Assembly (NCBI GenBank): GCA_965223545.1
Contig: OZ245006.1
Location: 3,520,001 to 3,584,000, forward strand
Length of the DNA: 64,000 nucleotides
DNA from: Planctomycetota bacterium
GTDB lineage: Bacteria > Planctomycetota > UBA1135 > UBA2386
Direction: 5' to 3'
Shown: positions 49,858-58,086 of the stretch, piece after piece
Numbering within the stretch: position 1 is the stretch's first letter
Layout: every line of letters begins with the position of its first letter
Notes under the pieces: model-generated
The model's input: only the letters and a program-made list of their open reading frames with translations
Databases searched by the model: none
Told to the model about the DNA's origin: nothing
Program-made: the position numbers and the translations under genes

Positions 49858-50463
49858 GGCGTCGCCGCGCGCACGCGAGCCGGTCTGCTCGCTCGTCGGG
49901 GACTCGGGCGTCCCCCCACGACGGCGTCCGCGCTGCCGGCCGTTCGCGCCTCCTGAGCGCGAAGCAGGGGGTCTGGACTTCGCACCGAGCAGCTGGGCTG
50001 GGTTCACGTGGACAGAATCCGCCCAGGCCGCGTGCAACGTGATTGATCACGCAGACGGGTGCCATGCACGCGCTACGGCTAACTTCGACCCTGTTCAGCG
50101 TAGGCTAAAGCGCGGCGTGGTCGGAGCCCCAGGCCCGCCCGTTGTCGTCCTCGGTTTGCCTCGAACAACGGCATTCTGACTGTTCTGCGGCGTTTCCCGG
50201 TGACCACCGCCCACCTCGTGCGCACCGGTAGCTTCTGCGGGAGACAGCCTCGACGAGTGCGGTGGCAACACCGCACGCACCGAGTCAGTCACCCGGGGGG
50301 TCGACCTTGAGCGTTGGTGACGCTTGTTCCCATGGGTGCCTCTTCGCCGTTCTGGGAACTCCTCCGGCATTGGCAGAGATGAGCACGCCAGACGTCATGA
50401 GGGTGGCGGTACTTTGCAAGCATGTGATTGACTAGCTTGACGCTCCGCACGAGTTGCGCCTGT

Positions 50464-50533
50464 TTTGAACAGGTTCATATCGACGTTCGTCCACACGTCG
50501 TCGGATCACCTACTGTTCGAGCGCGTTCGAATC
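50464..50533. repeat. Double-palindrome element, copy B
   Basis: TGAACAGGTTCA (50466-50477) and CGAGCGCGTTCG (50518-50529). Same orientation as copy A. Confidence 0.8.
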
Positions 50534-50584
50534 AGAAGCATCGAAGGCCCGATTCGCACCCCCCGACGTACCATCCCCCCACCC

Positions 50585-51100
50585 ATGAACCTGCTCGAGT
50601 TCCTCCGCGACGTCCCCGACTTCCCCAAGCCCGGAATCATCTTCAAGGACATCACGCCGCTGCTGGCCAGTCCCCAGGCCATGCAGCACTGCATCGACCA
50701 GATGGCCGAGATCTTGCACGGCCAGGACGTGCATCACATCGCGGCGGTCGAGTCGCGAGGCTTCCTGTTCGGCATGCCGCTTGCCATGCACATGGGCATC
50801 GGCTTCACGCCGATCCGCAAGCCCGGCAAGCTGCCGTGGAAGACCGAGGAGGTCGAGTACTCGCTCGAGTACGGCACCGATCGGCTGCAGATCCACCAGG
50901 ACGCGTTTGCCAAGGGGCAGCGCGTCGCGCTGGTCGACGATCTGCTCGCCACCGGCGGCACCATGGACGCGGCCGGCCAGCTCGTCGAGCGGCTCGAGGC
51001 GCACGTCGTCGCCTGCCTGTTCGCGGTCGAGCTCGGCTTCCTGCCCGGCCGCGGCAAGCTGGGGCGATACCCGGTGCACGCGCTGGTGCAGATCGGCTGA
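50585..51100 (+). CDS. apt: Adenine phosphoribosyltransferase
   Basis: DVPDFPKPGIIFKDITPLL, ESRGF, RKPGKLP, YSLEYG, VDDLLATGGT. Confidence 0.96.
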   Translation: MNLLEFLRDVPDFPKPGIIFKDITPLLASPQAMQHCIDQMAEILHGQDVHHIAAVESRGFLFGMPLAMHMGIGFTPIRKPGKLPWKTEEVEYSLEYGTDRLQIHQDAFAKGQRVALVDDLLATGGTMDAAGQLVERLEAHVVACLFAVELGFLPGRGKLGRYPVHALVQIG

Positions 51101-51150
51101 CGATCAAGCCGGGCGCGCGTTCCGGCCGACAGCAGCATAGGATCGAACGC

Positions 51151-51606
51151 ATGCTGCTCCGCACCACCGCGCTCTGCCTTCTGCTCGCAACCAGCGTCTC
51201 CGCCCAGTTGGGGCGGTTCTCGCTGCCCGTGGGGCCGCACATCGAGCGGGCGGCGAGCGGGGCGCAGATCACCCTGAAGGTCGTGCGCGACACGGCGACG
51301 ACGGTCGTGATCGAGATCGCCGGCGCTCCACCCAGCGCGGCGTGTTTTCTGCTCGCCGGAACGATGGTCCGGCCCGAGCCAGAGATCGCCGACGGGCGGC
51401 TCGGTGTCGATCTGACCACACCGGTCGTGCTGCTACCGATGGGCTACGCCGACGCCCGCGGTCAGGCCGCGCGCGCCCTGGTCGTGGCCGCCGACGCCGG
51501 CATGCGCCGCGCCGTGATCATGCAGGCCTTGGCAATCCGGCTCGGAGACACTGCGCACCGGCCGGTCCTCGCAGTGGCAATCTCCCAGCCACGTCGCCTC
51601 GACTGA
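51151..51606 (+). CDS. Small exported hypothetical protein (shared C-terminal-type domain)
   Basis: Signal peptide ending VSA-Q, GAPP...FLLAG...ADARG...MQAL...IS pattern. Confidence 0.62.
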   Translation: MLLRTTALCLLLATSVSAQLGRFSLPVGPHIERAASGAQITLKVVRDTATTVVIEIAGAPPSAACFLLAGTMVRPEPEIADGRLGVDLTTPVVLLPMGYADARGQAARALVVAADAGMRRAVIMQALAIRLGDTAHRPVLAVAISQPRRLD

Positions 51607-51613
51607 GATCGCG

Positions 51614-53365
51614 CTACTGCACCTGCGCTCGCGTGGCGACGATCACGCCGGTCGAGCCGGCTTCGAGCTGCGAGACGCCTCCGCCACCGAGCACACCGTC
51701 GCGCAGCCAGTGGCAAACCAGTCCCCAAGTCGCGTCGTCCTGCGGCAGACCGACGAACCGAAAGTGACCGTCCGCGTCGCTGTGCGTGCACACCGTAGTC
51801 GTGGTGAGGCTCGGCGAGGGGGGCAACGCCGCCGCCTGGCCGCCGGCCCGGTGCAGCGCGACCCAAGCACCCGCCACCGGATGTCCGCGGGCATCCAGCA
51901 CGACCCCCTCGATGGCGGCCCCCTCGACCAGGCGCAGTCTCTGGTGCCGGGCAGCGTCGGCGGCCGCAACTGCGCGGCTGGTGACGCCGTGACCACCTGC
52001 GTCGACCGCGACGACCAGATCGCCGGCGGGCACCGCACCGAACTCGAAGCGTCCACCGCGATCGGTATACGTCACGTACGGCGGCTCCACCTCCGTCGCG
52101 GCCGCGCGCCACAGCACCACGCGCGCCTGTGGCAGCGGTACGCGCGCGGCGCTCTCGACCACACCGCGCAAGGTGCGGCGCGGCCCGACGCGCACCTCAC
52201 CGAAGTCGGCGTCGCCGTCGACCAGACCGGCATCGACCGGCAGCAGTCTGCCCTCGACTTCGACGAAACCGAGCAGCACTCCCTCGGGCAGACCGCGGAG
52301 CGCGACCTCGCCGTCGGCATCGGTGCGCGCAGCCCATTCGAACGGCACGGTGTCGGTGGGCGACGAGGCCAGGTAGCGACAACCCGCCAACGGCTGACCT
52401 GCCGCATCGACCAGGCGCATCGATCGTTCGAAGCCCGCCACCAACCGCACATCCCACGGCATCGCTTCCGCCCGCGGAATGCGCACGATCGCCGGCGCAT
52501 GGCCGGCGGCTCTCACATGCAGTGTGACGGAGCCGAAGGTCATCAGTGAGAAGCGCCCGTCGGCATCGCTGACGACGGTGCGATCTCGATGAGCGCTCTC
52601 GGAGATCCGTGCCCCTGCACACGGATCACCCCGAGCATCGAGCACGCGCCCGTGGACCTCGCGCCCGCGCTGCAGGTGCGCGGCCAGGTCGCCCACGCTC
52701 GCGATCGGCCGCAGCGGCCGGCGCAACGACATCGCCCCACCGCCGTGTTCGGCCCACAGCACAGCGAAGACCTCCCAACGCGGGGCGCGCAGATAGCCGC
52801 GCTCGAACGGCAGCGAGAAACGACCGTCGGAATCGGTGCGTCCTGCGGCGCGCTGCTCCGGGTACGCCAGGCACGCCATGCGCTGGAAGCTGGCCGCCTC
52901 CGGCCGCAGCGCGATCTCGACGCCGGGCACGGCCGCCCCACCGAGACCGTGGAGGGTGCCCGCGACGCGGCATTCCGGTTCGAGCACGAGATCGCACGCA
53001 TCGCCCGCCATCACCGGAAACCGCACGGCACTGCGAGTTCCGGCGGCAGCGGCAGCGATGGCAAATGGGCCGCGGTGCGGCGGCGAGAACGAAAACCGGC
53101 CGTCGTCACCCGCGATGACGACTGCCCCGTCCTGTCCACCACCTGCGTCCACCGTCGCCCCGGTCAACCCCGGTAGGCCGATCGGCGTGCGCCAGCGCAC
53201 GCCGACCTCGGCCGCCGCGGGGTCACCGTCAGCGGAGAACACACGCCCCATGACGGTCTCGAATTGAGCCGACGCCGGCGCACCGAACACCACGACCGCG
53301 AAGACTGTGGCGAACCGCCACATCCACCGTCTCGCCCACGGGACCGCTGCCGCGCATTTCAACAT
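51614..53365 (-). CDS. Carboxypeptidase-regulatory-like (beta-sandwich repeat) exported protein
   Basis: Repeated GRVLDARGDPCAGARI / TDxDGRF units. Start uncertain. Confidence 0.72.
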   Translation of the reverse strand: MLKCAAAVPWARRWMWRFATVFAVVVFGAPASAQFETVMGRVFSADGDPAAAEVGVRWRTPIGLPGLTGATVDAGGGQDGAVVIAGDDGRFSFSPPHRGPFAIAAAAAGTRSAVRFPVMAGDACDLVLEPECRVAGTLHGLGGAAVPGVEIALRPEAASFQRMACLAYPEQRAAGRTDSDGRFSLPFERGYLRAPRWEVFAVLWAEHGGGAMSLRRPLRPIASVGDLAAHLQRGREVHGRVLDARGDPCAGARISESAHRDRTVVSDADGRFSLMTFGSVTLHVRAAGHAPAIVRIPRAEAMPWDVRLVAGFERSMRLVDAAGQPLAGCRYLASSPTDTVPFEWAARTDADGEVALRGLPEGVLLGFVEVEGRLLPVDAGLVDGDADFGEVRVGPRRTLRGVVESAARVPLPQARVVLWRAAATEVEPPYVTYTDRGGRFEFGAVPAGDLVVAVDAGGHGVTSRAVAAADAARHQRLRLVEGAAIEGVVLDARGHPVAGAWVALHRAGGQAAALPPSPSLTTTTVCTHSDADGHFRFVGLPQDDATWGLVCHWLRDGVLGGGGVSQLEAGSTGVIVATRAQVQ

Positions 53366-53431
53366 CTGGGATACCTACGCGGCCCCGACACACCAGTGAG
53401 TGTGGCTGTTCTGAAATTGTTGAAAACGACT

Positions 53432-53458
53432 GAAATGTCCGCAGTTGTCGACCGATCA
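53432..53458 (+). promoter_or_regulatory. Putative sigma-28 (FliA-type) promoter
   Basis: GAAA-N15-ACCGATCA compared with consensus TAAA-N15-GCCGATAA: exact 15-nt spacing, 3/4 and 6/8 matches. Confidence 0.55.
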
Positions 53459-53504
53459 TCCTCAAGCCAGGCATGGTCGCCTGGCGCCTGCTCTTTCCCG
53501 TCTT

Positions 53505-53597
53505 CGACGATAAAGGCAAACCCACCGGAAGGTGGGGACGCAAAGCCATTGGGCCTCAAGGCGGCGCAACACCGCCCAGGCAGCCGGTTCCCGAATT
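53505..53597 (+). ncRNA. c-di-GMP-I (GEMM-I) riboswitch
   Basis: GGCAAACCCACC-GGAA-GGTGGGGACGCAAAGCC...GGCCT(C)AA...AGGCAGCCGGTTCCCGAA follows the c-di-GMP-I consensus, with a GNRA-capped P2. It has G at the G20-equivalent position. Confidence 0.9.
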
Positions 53598-53721
53598 GAA
53601 GCGAGACGTAGCGACACGCTACCCGAACGAGCCTCTTCAGAAGGACGACGGAACGGCTGCCCCCTTGGCGGCGCCTCTTCACGCGGGTTTGCCACCCACC
53701 CCTTCACCTTCTGAACTCAAC

Positions 53722-54594
53722 ATGGCTCGTTCCGCTGCTGCTACTCTCCGCCCCAAGGCTGCCACCACGACCGCGCGCAAGGCCGGCCCCGCAGCCGACA
53801 AGACCACGCCCCCGCCAGCTCCCCGCCGCGGCGCGCCGGACGATCTCGAGCAGATCTGGAAGACCTACAAGTCGACCAAGGATCTGAACCTGCGCAACAT
53901 CCTCATCGAGAGGCACGTCGGCCTGGTTCGCACGATCGCCGAGCGCTTGCTGCAGACCCTGCCCAAGTCGATCGAGCTGGACGACCTGACCTCGGCCGGC
54001 ACCTTCGGCTTGATGGACGCGATCGACGGCTTCGACCTGGCGCGCGGCATCAAGTTCAAGACCTACTGCACGACGCGCATCCGCGGCTCGATCCTCGACG
54101 AGCTGCGCTCGCAGGACTGGGTGCCGCGCCTCGTGCGCCTCAAGGCACACCGCCTGGAGAAGGCGATGCGCAAGCTCGAGGGCGAGCTGGGCCGCGATCC
54201 CAACGAGTTCGAGCTGGCCGAGGCGATGGGCATGACGATCGCCGAGCTGCAGGCGACCGAGACCGAAGCCAACGCGAAGACCATCTTCTCGCTGTCGGAG
54301 AAGTGGGACGATGGCGACGACGACAAGGAGATGGAGAAGGTCGAGATCCTGGCGGACAAGAAGGGCCCGGACCCGGTCCACTCGATCCACCAGAAGGACC
54401 TGCTCGAGGTGATCACCCGCAACCTCACCAAGAAGGAGCGGTTGATCATCATCATGTATTACTACGAAGGTCTGACCATGCGCGAGATCGGCGAGATCAT
54501 GCAGCTCACCGAGTCGCGCGTCTGCCAGATCCACAGCAACGTCATGGCGCGCCTCAAGGCGCAGCTCGACCAGGTCCACCTGCAGGCGAGCTGA
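53722..54594 (+). CDS. fliA: FliA/WhiG family RNA polymerase sigma factor
   Basis: DDLTSAGTFGLMDAI, FKTYCTTRIRGSILDELRSQDWVPR, YYYEGLTMREIGEIMQLTESRVCQIH. Confidence 0.93.
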   Translation: MARSAAATLRPKAATTTARKAGPAADKTTPPPAPRRGAPDDLEQIWKTYKSTKDLNLRNILIERHVGLVRTIAERLLQTLPKSIELDDLTSAGTFGLMDAIDGFDLARGIKFKTYCTTRIRGSILDELRSQDWVPRLVRLKAHRLEKAMRKLEGELGRDPNEFELAEAMGMTIAELQATETEANAKTIFSLSEKWDDGDDDKEMEKVEILADKKGPDPVHSIHQKDLLEVITRNLTKKERLIIIMYYYEGLTMREIGEIMQLTESRVCQIHSNVMARLKAQLDQVHLQAS

Positions 54595-54742
54595 AGCCAG
54601 CGCACGGCACGCGACCGCGGCGCCAGGCCGGGTCCGGCCGACTGTCGCCTTCTGCAACACTCCGCGGCGAGCGTCGACGTCCAGCTGCGGGCCCCGTCGT
54701 GCCGAAAGAAACCGAGTGTCCGGGGACCGAGAACCCACGAGC

Positions 54743-55252
54743 ATGACGGCCGCACGCACCGCCGACGAGATGACTGCCGAGCTTGGCTCGTTCGTAGTCA
54801 CCGACAGCGCCAGCACAGTGCTGCGGTCCGCTCCGATCGGCGCTTCGGTGGTCGTCCTGCTGCACGACCCGGTCGGCCAGCGGGCGGCGATGCTGCACTA
54901 CCTGTTGCCGAACAGCCGGCCGCGGCCGGCGCGCGCGGCGCGCCAACTGGCGCTGTTCGGCGACGAGGGACTGGCCATGCTGCTGGCGCACATCGAAACG
55001 CGGCTGCGCAACCCGCTCGCCGCCAGCGTACACGTGATCGGTGGCGCGGACATGGAAACCAGCCACGACACGGCCTACTGCCCGATGACGTTGGGCAGTC
55101 GCAATCTCGCCATCGCGCGCACCACCTTGGACGCGGCGGGCATCGAGTACGACGACGCGCACACCGGAGGACGTTGCCACCGCGTGGTGACGTTCGACGT
55201 GGCGACGGGCGAGCTCTCGGTCGACGCGTTGCCGGTGGAGGAGGCGCCGTGA
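54743..55252 (+). CDS. CheD-like protein (catalytic Cys replaced by Ser)
   Basis: PIGASVVVLLHDP...AMLHYLLP, VIGGADM, LGSRN, HTGGRCHR. Confidence 0.75.
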   Translation: MTAARTADEMTAELGSFVVTDSASTVLRSAPIGASVVVLLHDPVGQRAAMLHYLLPNSRPRPARAARQLALFGDEGLAMLLAHIETRLRNPLAASVHVIGGADMETSHDTAYCPMTLGSRNLAIARTTLDAAGIEYDDAHTGGRCHRVVTFDVATGELSVDALPVEEAP

Positions 55253-56130
55253 ACAGCGCGACCGACTTGCGCCGCGACGTCGAACGGCTCCAAGCCCTGC
55301 CCAGCCACACTCGCCGGCTGATGCGCATTCTCGCCCAGCCTGGGCACTCGACCGACAGCCTGCTCGAGGAGATCCGCAGCCAACCGCGGCTGGGCAAGCG
55401 CATGCTCGAGCTCAGCAACTCCGCGGTGTGGGACATTCCGCGCGCGATCACCGACCTGTCGGAGACGGTCGCCTACCTCGGCGTCTCCAACTTGGTGCGC
55501 ATGGTCGTCTGCGACAGCCTGTTGCCGTTCTTCACGCGGCGCGGGTCGGGACACCAGGCCGCGTTCGCCGACGCCTACCGCCACAGCCTCGCCTGTGGAA
55601 TCGCGACCCAGGAGCTGGCGCTGGCCACCAACTCGGCCGACTCGCGGACGGCGTTCGCCACGGGCGCGCTGCACAACATCGGCCGGCTCGTGCTGATTCC
55701 CAAGGTGGCGACGCGCCGCGACGATCTGCGCATCGCAGCCGCCGACGGCAAGTCGATCGTCGAAATCGAACGCGCCGCACTCGGCATCGATCATGCCGCC
55801 GCCGGCGCCCTGATCGCCGACCGTTGGGAGCTGCCGGACAACCTGCGGCGCACGATCCGCATGCACCACCAGCCAGAGCTGATCGCCGACGACGACGAGC
55901 TCACGCCGATGGTGTACATCGCCGACATTCTGCTGGCGCAGATGGGCATCTCGGCCGGGGTGCGCGGCATGCTCGGCGCGATCCACCCCGCGATCACCGA
56001 GCGGCTGCACCTGCGCGCCGAGGACTACGATCGCATCCGCGCCGCGGTGCATCGCGACCTACCCAACCTGCTCGCACTCATCGGTCTCGCCGAGCTGCCA
56101 GATCCGCGGCCTCGGTACGCGTATCCGTGA
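55249..56130 (+). CDS. HDOD domain protein
   Basis: LQALPS, LELSNSA, VAYLG, HSLACG, AFATGALHNIGRL, DHAAAGALIADRWELP, IRMHHQP. GTGA-coupled to the upstream gene. Confidence 0.88.
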   Translation: MNSATDLRRDVERLQALPSHTRRLMRILAQPGHSTDSLLEEIRSQPRLGKRMLELSNSAVWDIPRAITDLSETVAYLGVSNLVRMVVCDSLLPFFTRRGSGHQAAFADAYRHSLACGIATQELALATNSADSRTAFATGALHNIGRLVLIPKVATRRDDLRIAAADGKSIVEIERAALGIDHAAAGALIADRWELPDNLRRTIRMHHQPELIADDDELTPMVYIADILLAQMGISAGVRGMLGAIHPAITERLHLRAEDYDRIRAAVHRDLPNLLALIGLAELPDPRPRYAYP

Positions 56131-57116
56131 AGACCGCAGCCGACGCACGCGGAGGCATCCTCGAGCAGCTGGCGGAGTCCATCATCTCCGCCACCACGGG
56201 CGCCCTGGCGCGGCTGTCCGGTCAGAGCTTGCGCACGCGGGTCGGCACCCCCCAGGTGATCGAAGGCCGCGCCCTCCTCGAGGCGATGCAGCAGCCATTG
56301 GCGGTGATCCGCGCCGTCCTCGACGGCATGCCGACCGCGCAAGGCCGCCAGCAGGCGGTGTGCGTCGTGATGCCGGCCAAGGACGCCGCGACCCTCGTCG
56401 GCTTCATGATGATGAAGCCGGAGAACCTGATCGAGCAACAGCGCAACCGCGGCGAGATCGACCCGCAAACCAAGCACCTGCTGCAAGAGATCGCCAACGT
56501 CGCCTGCTCGGCCGTCGTCGGCCGGCTGCGCAGCGCCCTGGGCATTCGCATCAAGGTCGGCTCCCAGGACCACGGCATCCTCGAGCCGGGCGCGACGCCG
56601 GACGACTTGATCGACGAGGGAGAGTACGGGGCGGTGCCGTTCTCGGTCGCTATCGGCGAACACTCCAAGACCGAGTGGCGGCTGCTGCTCGAGCGCGACG
56701 CCGCCGAGTCGTGGCACGGCGACGCGCTGCCGGTGATCGACGAAGCGCACGCGCATGGCCGCGTCGACGCCTACCTGGAAGACGACCGGCTCGCCGCCGA
56801 CCTGCAGAAGGTCTGCGGACAGCTGGACGTCGAGGTGATCGCGCACCCGGCGACCGACATCCCCAACCCCGCCGCGCACAGCGGCGGCCTCGTGGTCATC
56901 GACGTGCCGCTCGACGACCCGCGCCGGTTCGAGTGGTGCCGGCGACTCAAGGCCTTCGATTCGGAGACGCGGGTCCTGCTGGTGGTGCACCACCCGACCC
57001 GCGAACGGATCTTGCGCGCGTTCATCACGACCGCCGACGCGATCCTCGGCACCCCGCTGGAAAGCGAGCTGCTGGCGGCCAAAGTCGGGGCGCTGGTCGC
57101 GCTGAAGGGCGGCTGA
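56127..57116 (+). CDS. CheC/CheX-like phosphatase fused to an atypical receiver domain
   Basis: LQEIANV (ExxN) motif. The C-terminal YLEDD...VVIDVP...ADAILGTP fold has Thr at the conserved Lys position. GTGA-coupled. Confidence 0.62.
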   Translation: MKTAADARGGILEQLAESIISATTGALARLSGQSLRTRVGTPQVIEGRALLEAMQQPLAVIRAVLDGMPTAQGRQQAVCVVMPAKDAATLVGFMMMKPENLIEQQRNRGEIDPQTKHLLQEIANVACSAVVGRLRSALGIRIKVGSQDHGILEPGATPDDLIDEGEYGAVPFSVAIGEHSKTEWRLLLERDAAESWHGDALPVIDEAHAHGRVDAYLEDDRLAADLQKVCGQLDVEVIAHPATDIPNPAAHSGGLVVIDVPLDDPRRFEWCRRLKAFDSETRVLLVVHHPTRERILRAFITTADAILGTPLESELLAAKVGALVALKGG

Positions 57117-57158
57117 GACGCGGGACCGCGCTTGCGCGCGGCCGGCGTGGCGAGTCCG

Positions 57159-58079
57159 ATGGCCCCCCGGTCCGCCACCGCCGCCCTGCCCGTGAACCGC
57201 CTGCTGTCCGTTTGGTTGCCCGCCCTCCGCCCGCGCACGCTCCCCGCCGCGGTCGCTCCCGTGTTGATGGGAACCGGTCTGGCCGCGCGCGACGGGGCCT
57301 TCCATGCGTGGGCGGCGGCTGGCGCCCTGCTCGGCGCGCTGCTGCTGCAGATCGGCACCAACTTCGCCAACGACTACTACGACTTCGTCAAGGGCGCCGA
57401 CGGCGACGACCGCCTCGGCCCCGCGCGCGCGACCCAGTCGGGCTGGGTCCGCCCCGAGGACATGCGGCGGGCGTTCTTGTGGGTCTTCGCCCTGGCCGCG
57501 CTGGTCGGCGCCGGCCTCATCGCGCGCGGTGGGTGGCCGATCGCGGTGATCGGCATCGCTTCGCTGGCGTGCGGCTATCTGTACACCGGCGGCCCGCGGC
57601 CGCTGGGTTACCTGGGTCTCGGCGATCTCATGGTGCTGGTGTTCTTCGGCCCGGTCGCGGTCGCGGGCACGCACTACGTACAGACTCTGCTCTGGAGCCC
57701 GACCGCGGCCGTCATCGGTCTCGGACCCGGTTTGCTGGCGACGGCCCTGCTGGCCGTCAACAACCTGCGGGATACCGAGTCCGACGCGCGCGCCGGCAAG
57801 CGCACGCTCGCGGTGCGGTTCGGTCGCGAGTTCGCCAAGCGAGAGTTCGCCACCGCGTTGCTCGGCGCGGCGGCAGTCCCGGTCGTGGCGTGGCTCGCGC
57901 TGCGCGGTCCCGCCGCGGGCTTGTCGGCGACCGCCGCGTGTCTGCTGGCGATTCCCGCCCTGCGTCGCGTGCGGCGCGCGGCGCCCGGCGACCGCTTGCT
58001 GGAGCCGCTGGCATCGACTGGCCGCGTGCTCGGGCTCTACGGCGTGCTGTTCACGGCCGCCTGCCTACTGGCGCGCTGA
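57159..58079 (+). CDS. menA: 1,4-dihydroxy-2-naphthoate prenyltransferase
   Basis: LRPRTLP, NFANDYYDF, YTGGP, GLGD, NNLRDTESDARAGKRTLAVRFG. Confidence 0.93.
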   Translation: MAPRSATAALPVNRLLSVWLPALRPRTLPAAVAPVLMGTGLAARDGAFHAWAAAGALLGALLLQIGTNFANDYYDFVKGADGDDRLGPARATQSGWVRPEDMRRAFLWVFALAALVGAGLIARGGWPIAVIGIASLACGYLYTGGPRPLGYLGLGDLMVLVFFGPVAVAGTHYVQTLLWSPTAAVIGLGPGLLATALLAVNNLRDTESDARAGKRTLAVRFGREFAKREFATALLGAAAVPVVAWLALRGPAAGLSATAACLLAIPALRRVRRAAPGDRLLEPLASTGRVLGLYGVLFTAACLLAR

Positions 58080-58086
58080 CTTCGAC

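Noticed and set aside
53505..53597. Riboswitch as a 3'3'-cGAMP (GEMM-Ib) variant
   Set aside because: It has G, not A, at the G20-equivalent position (GGCAAA), which favours c-di-GMP. This still needs a binding test.
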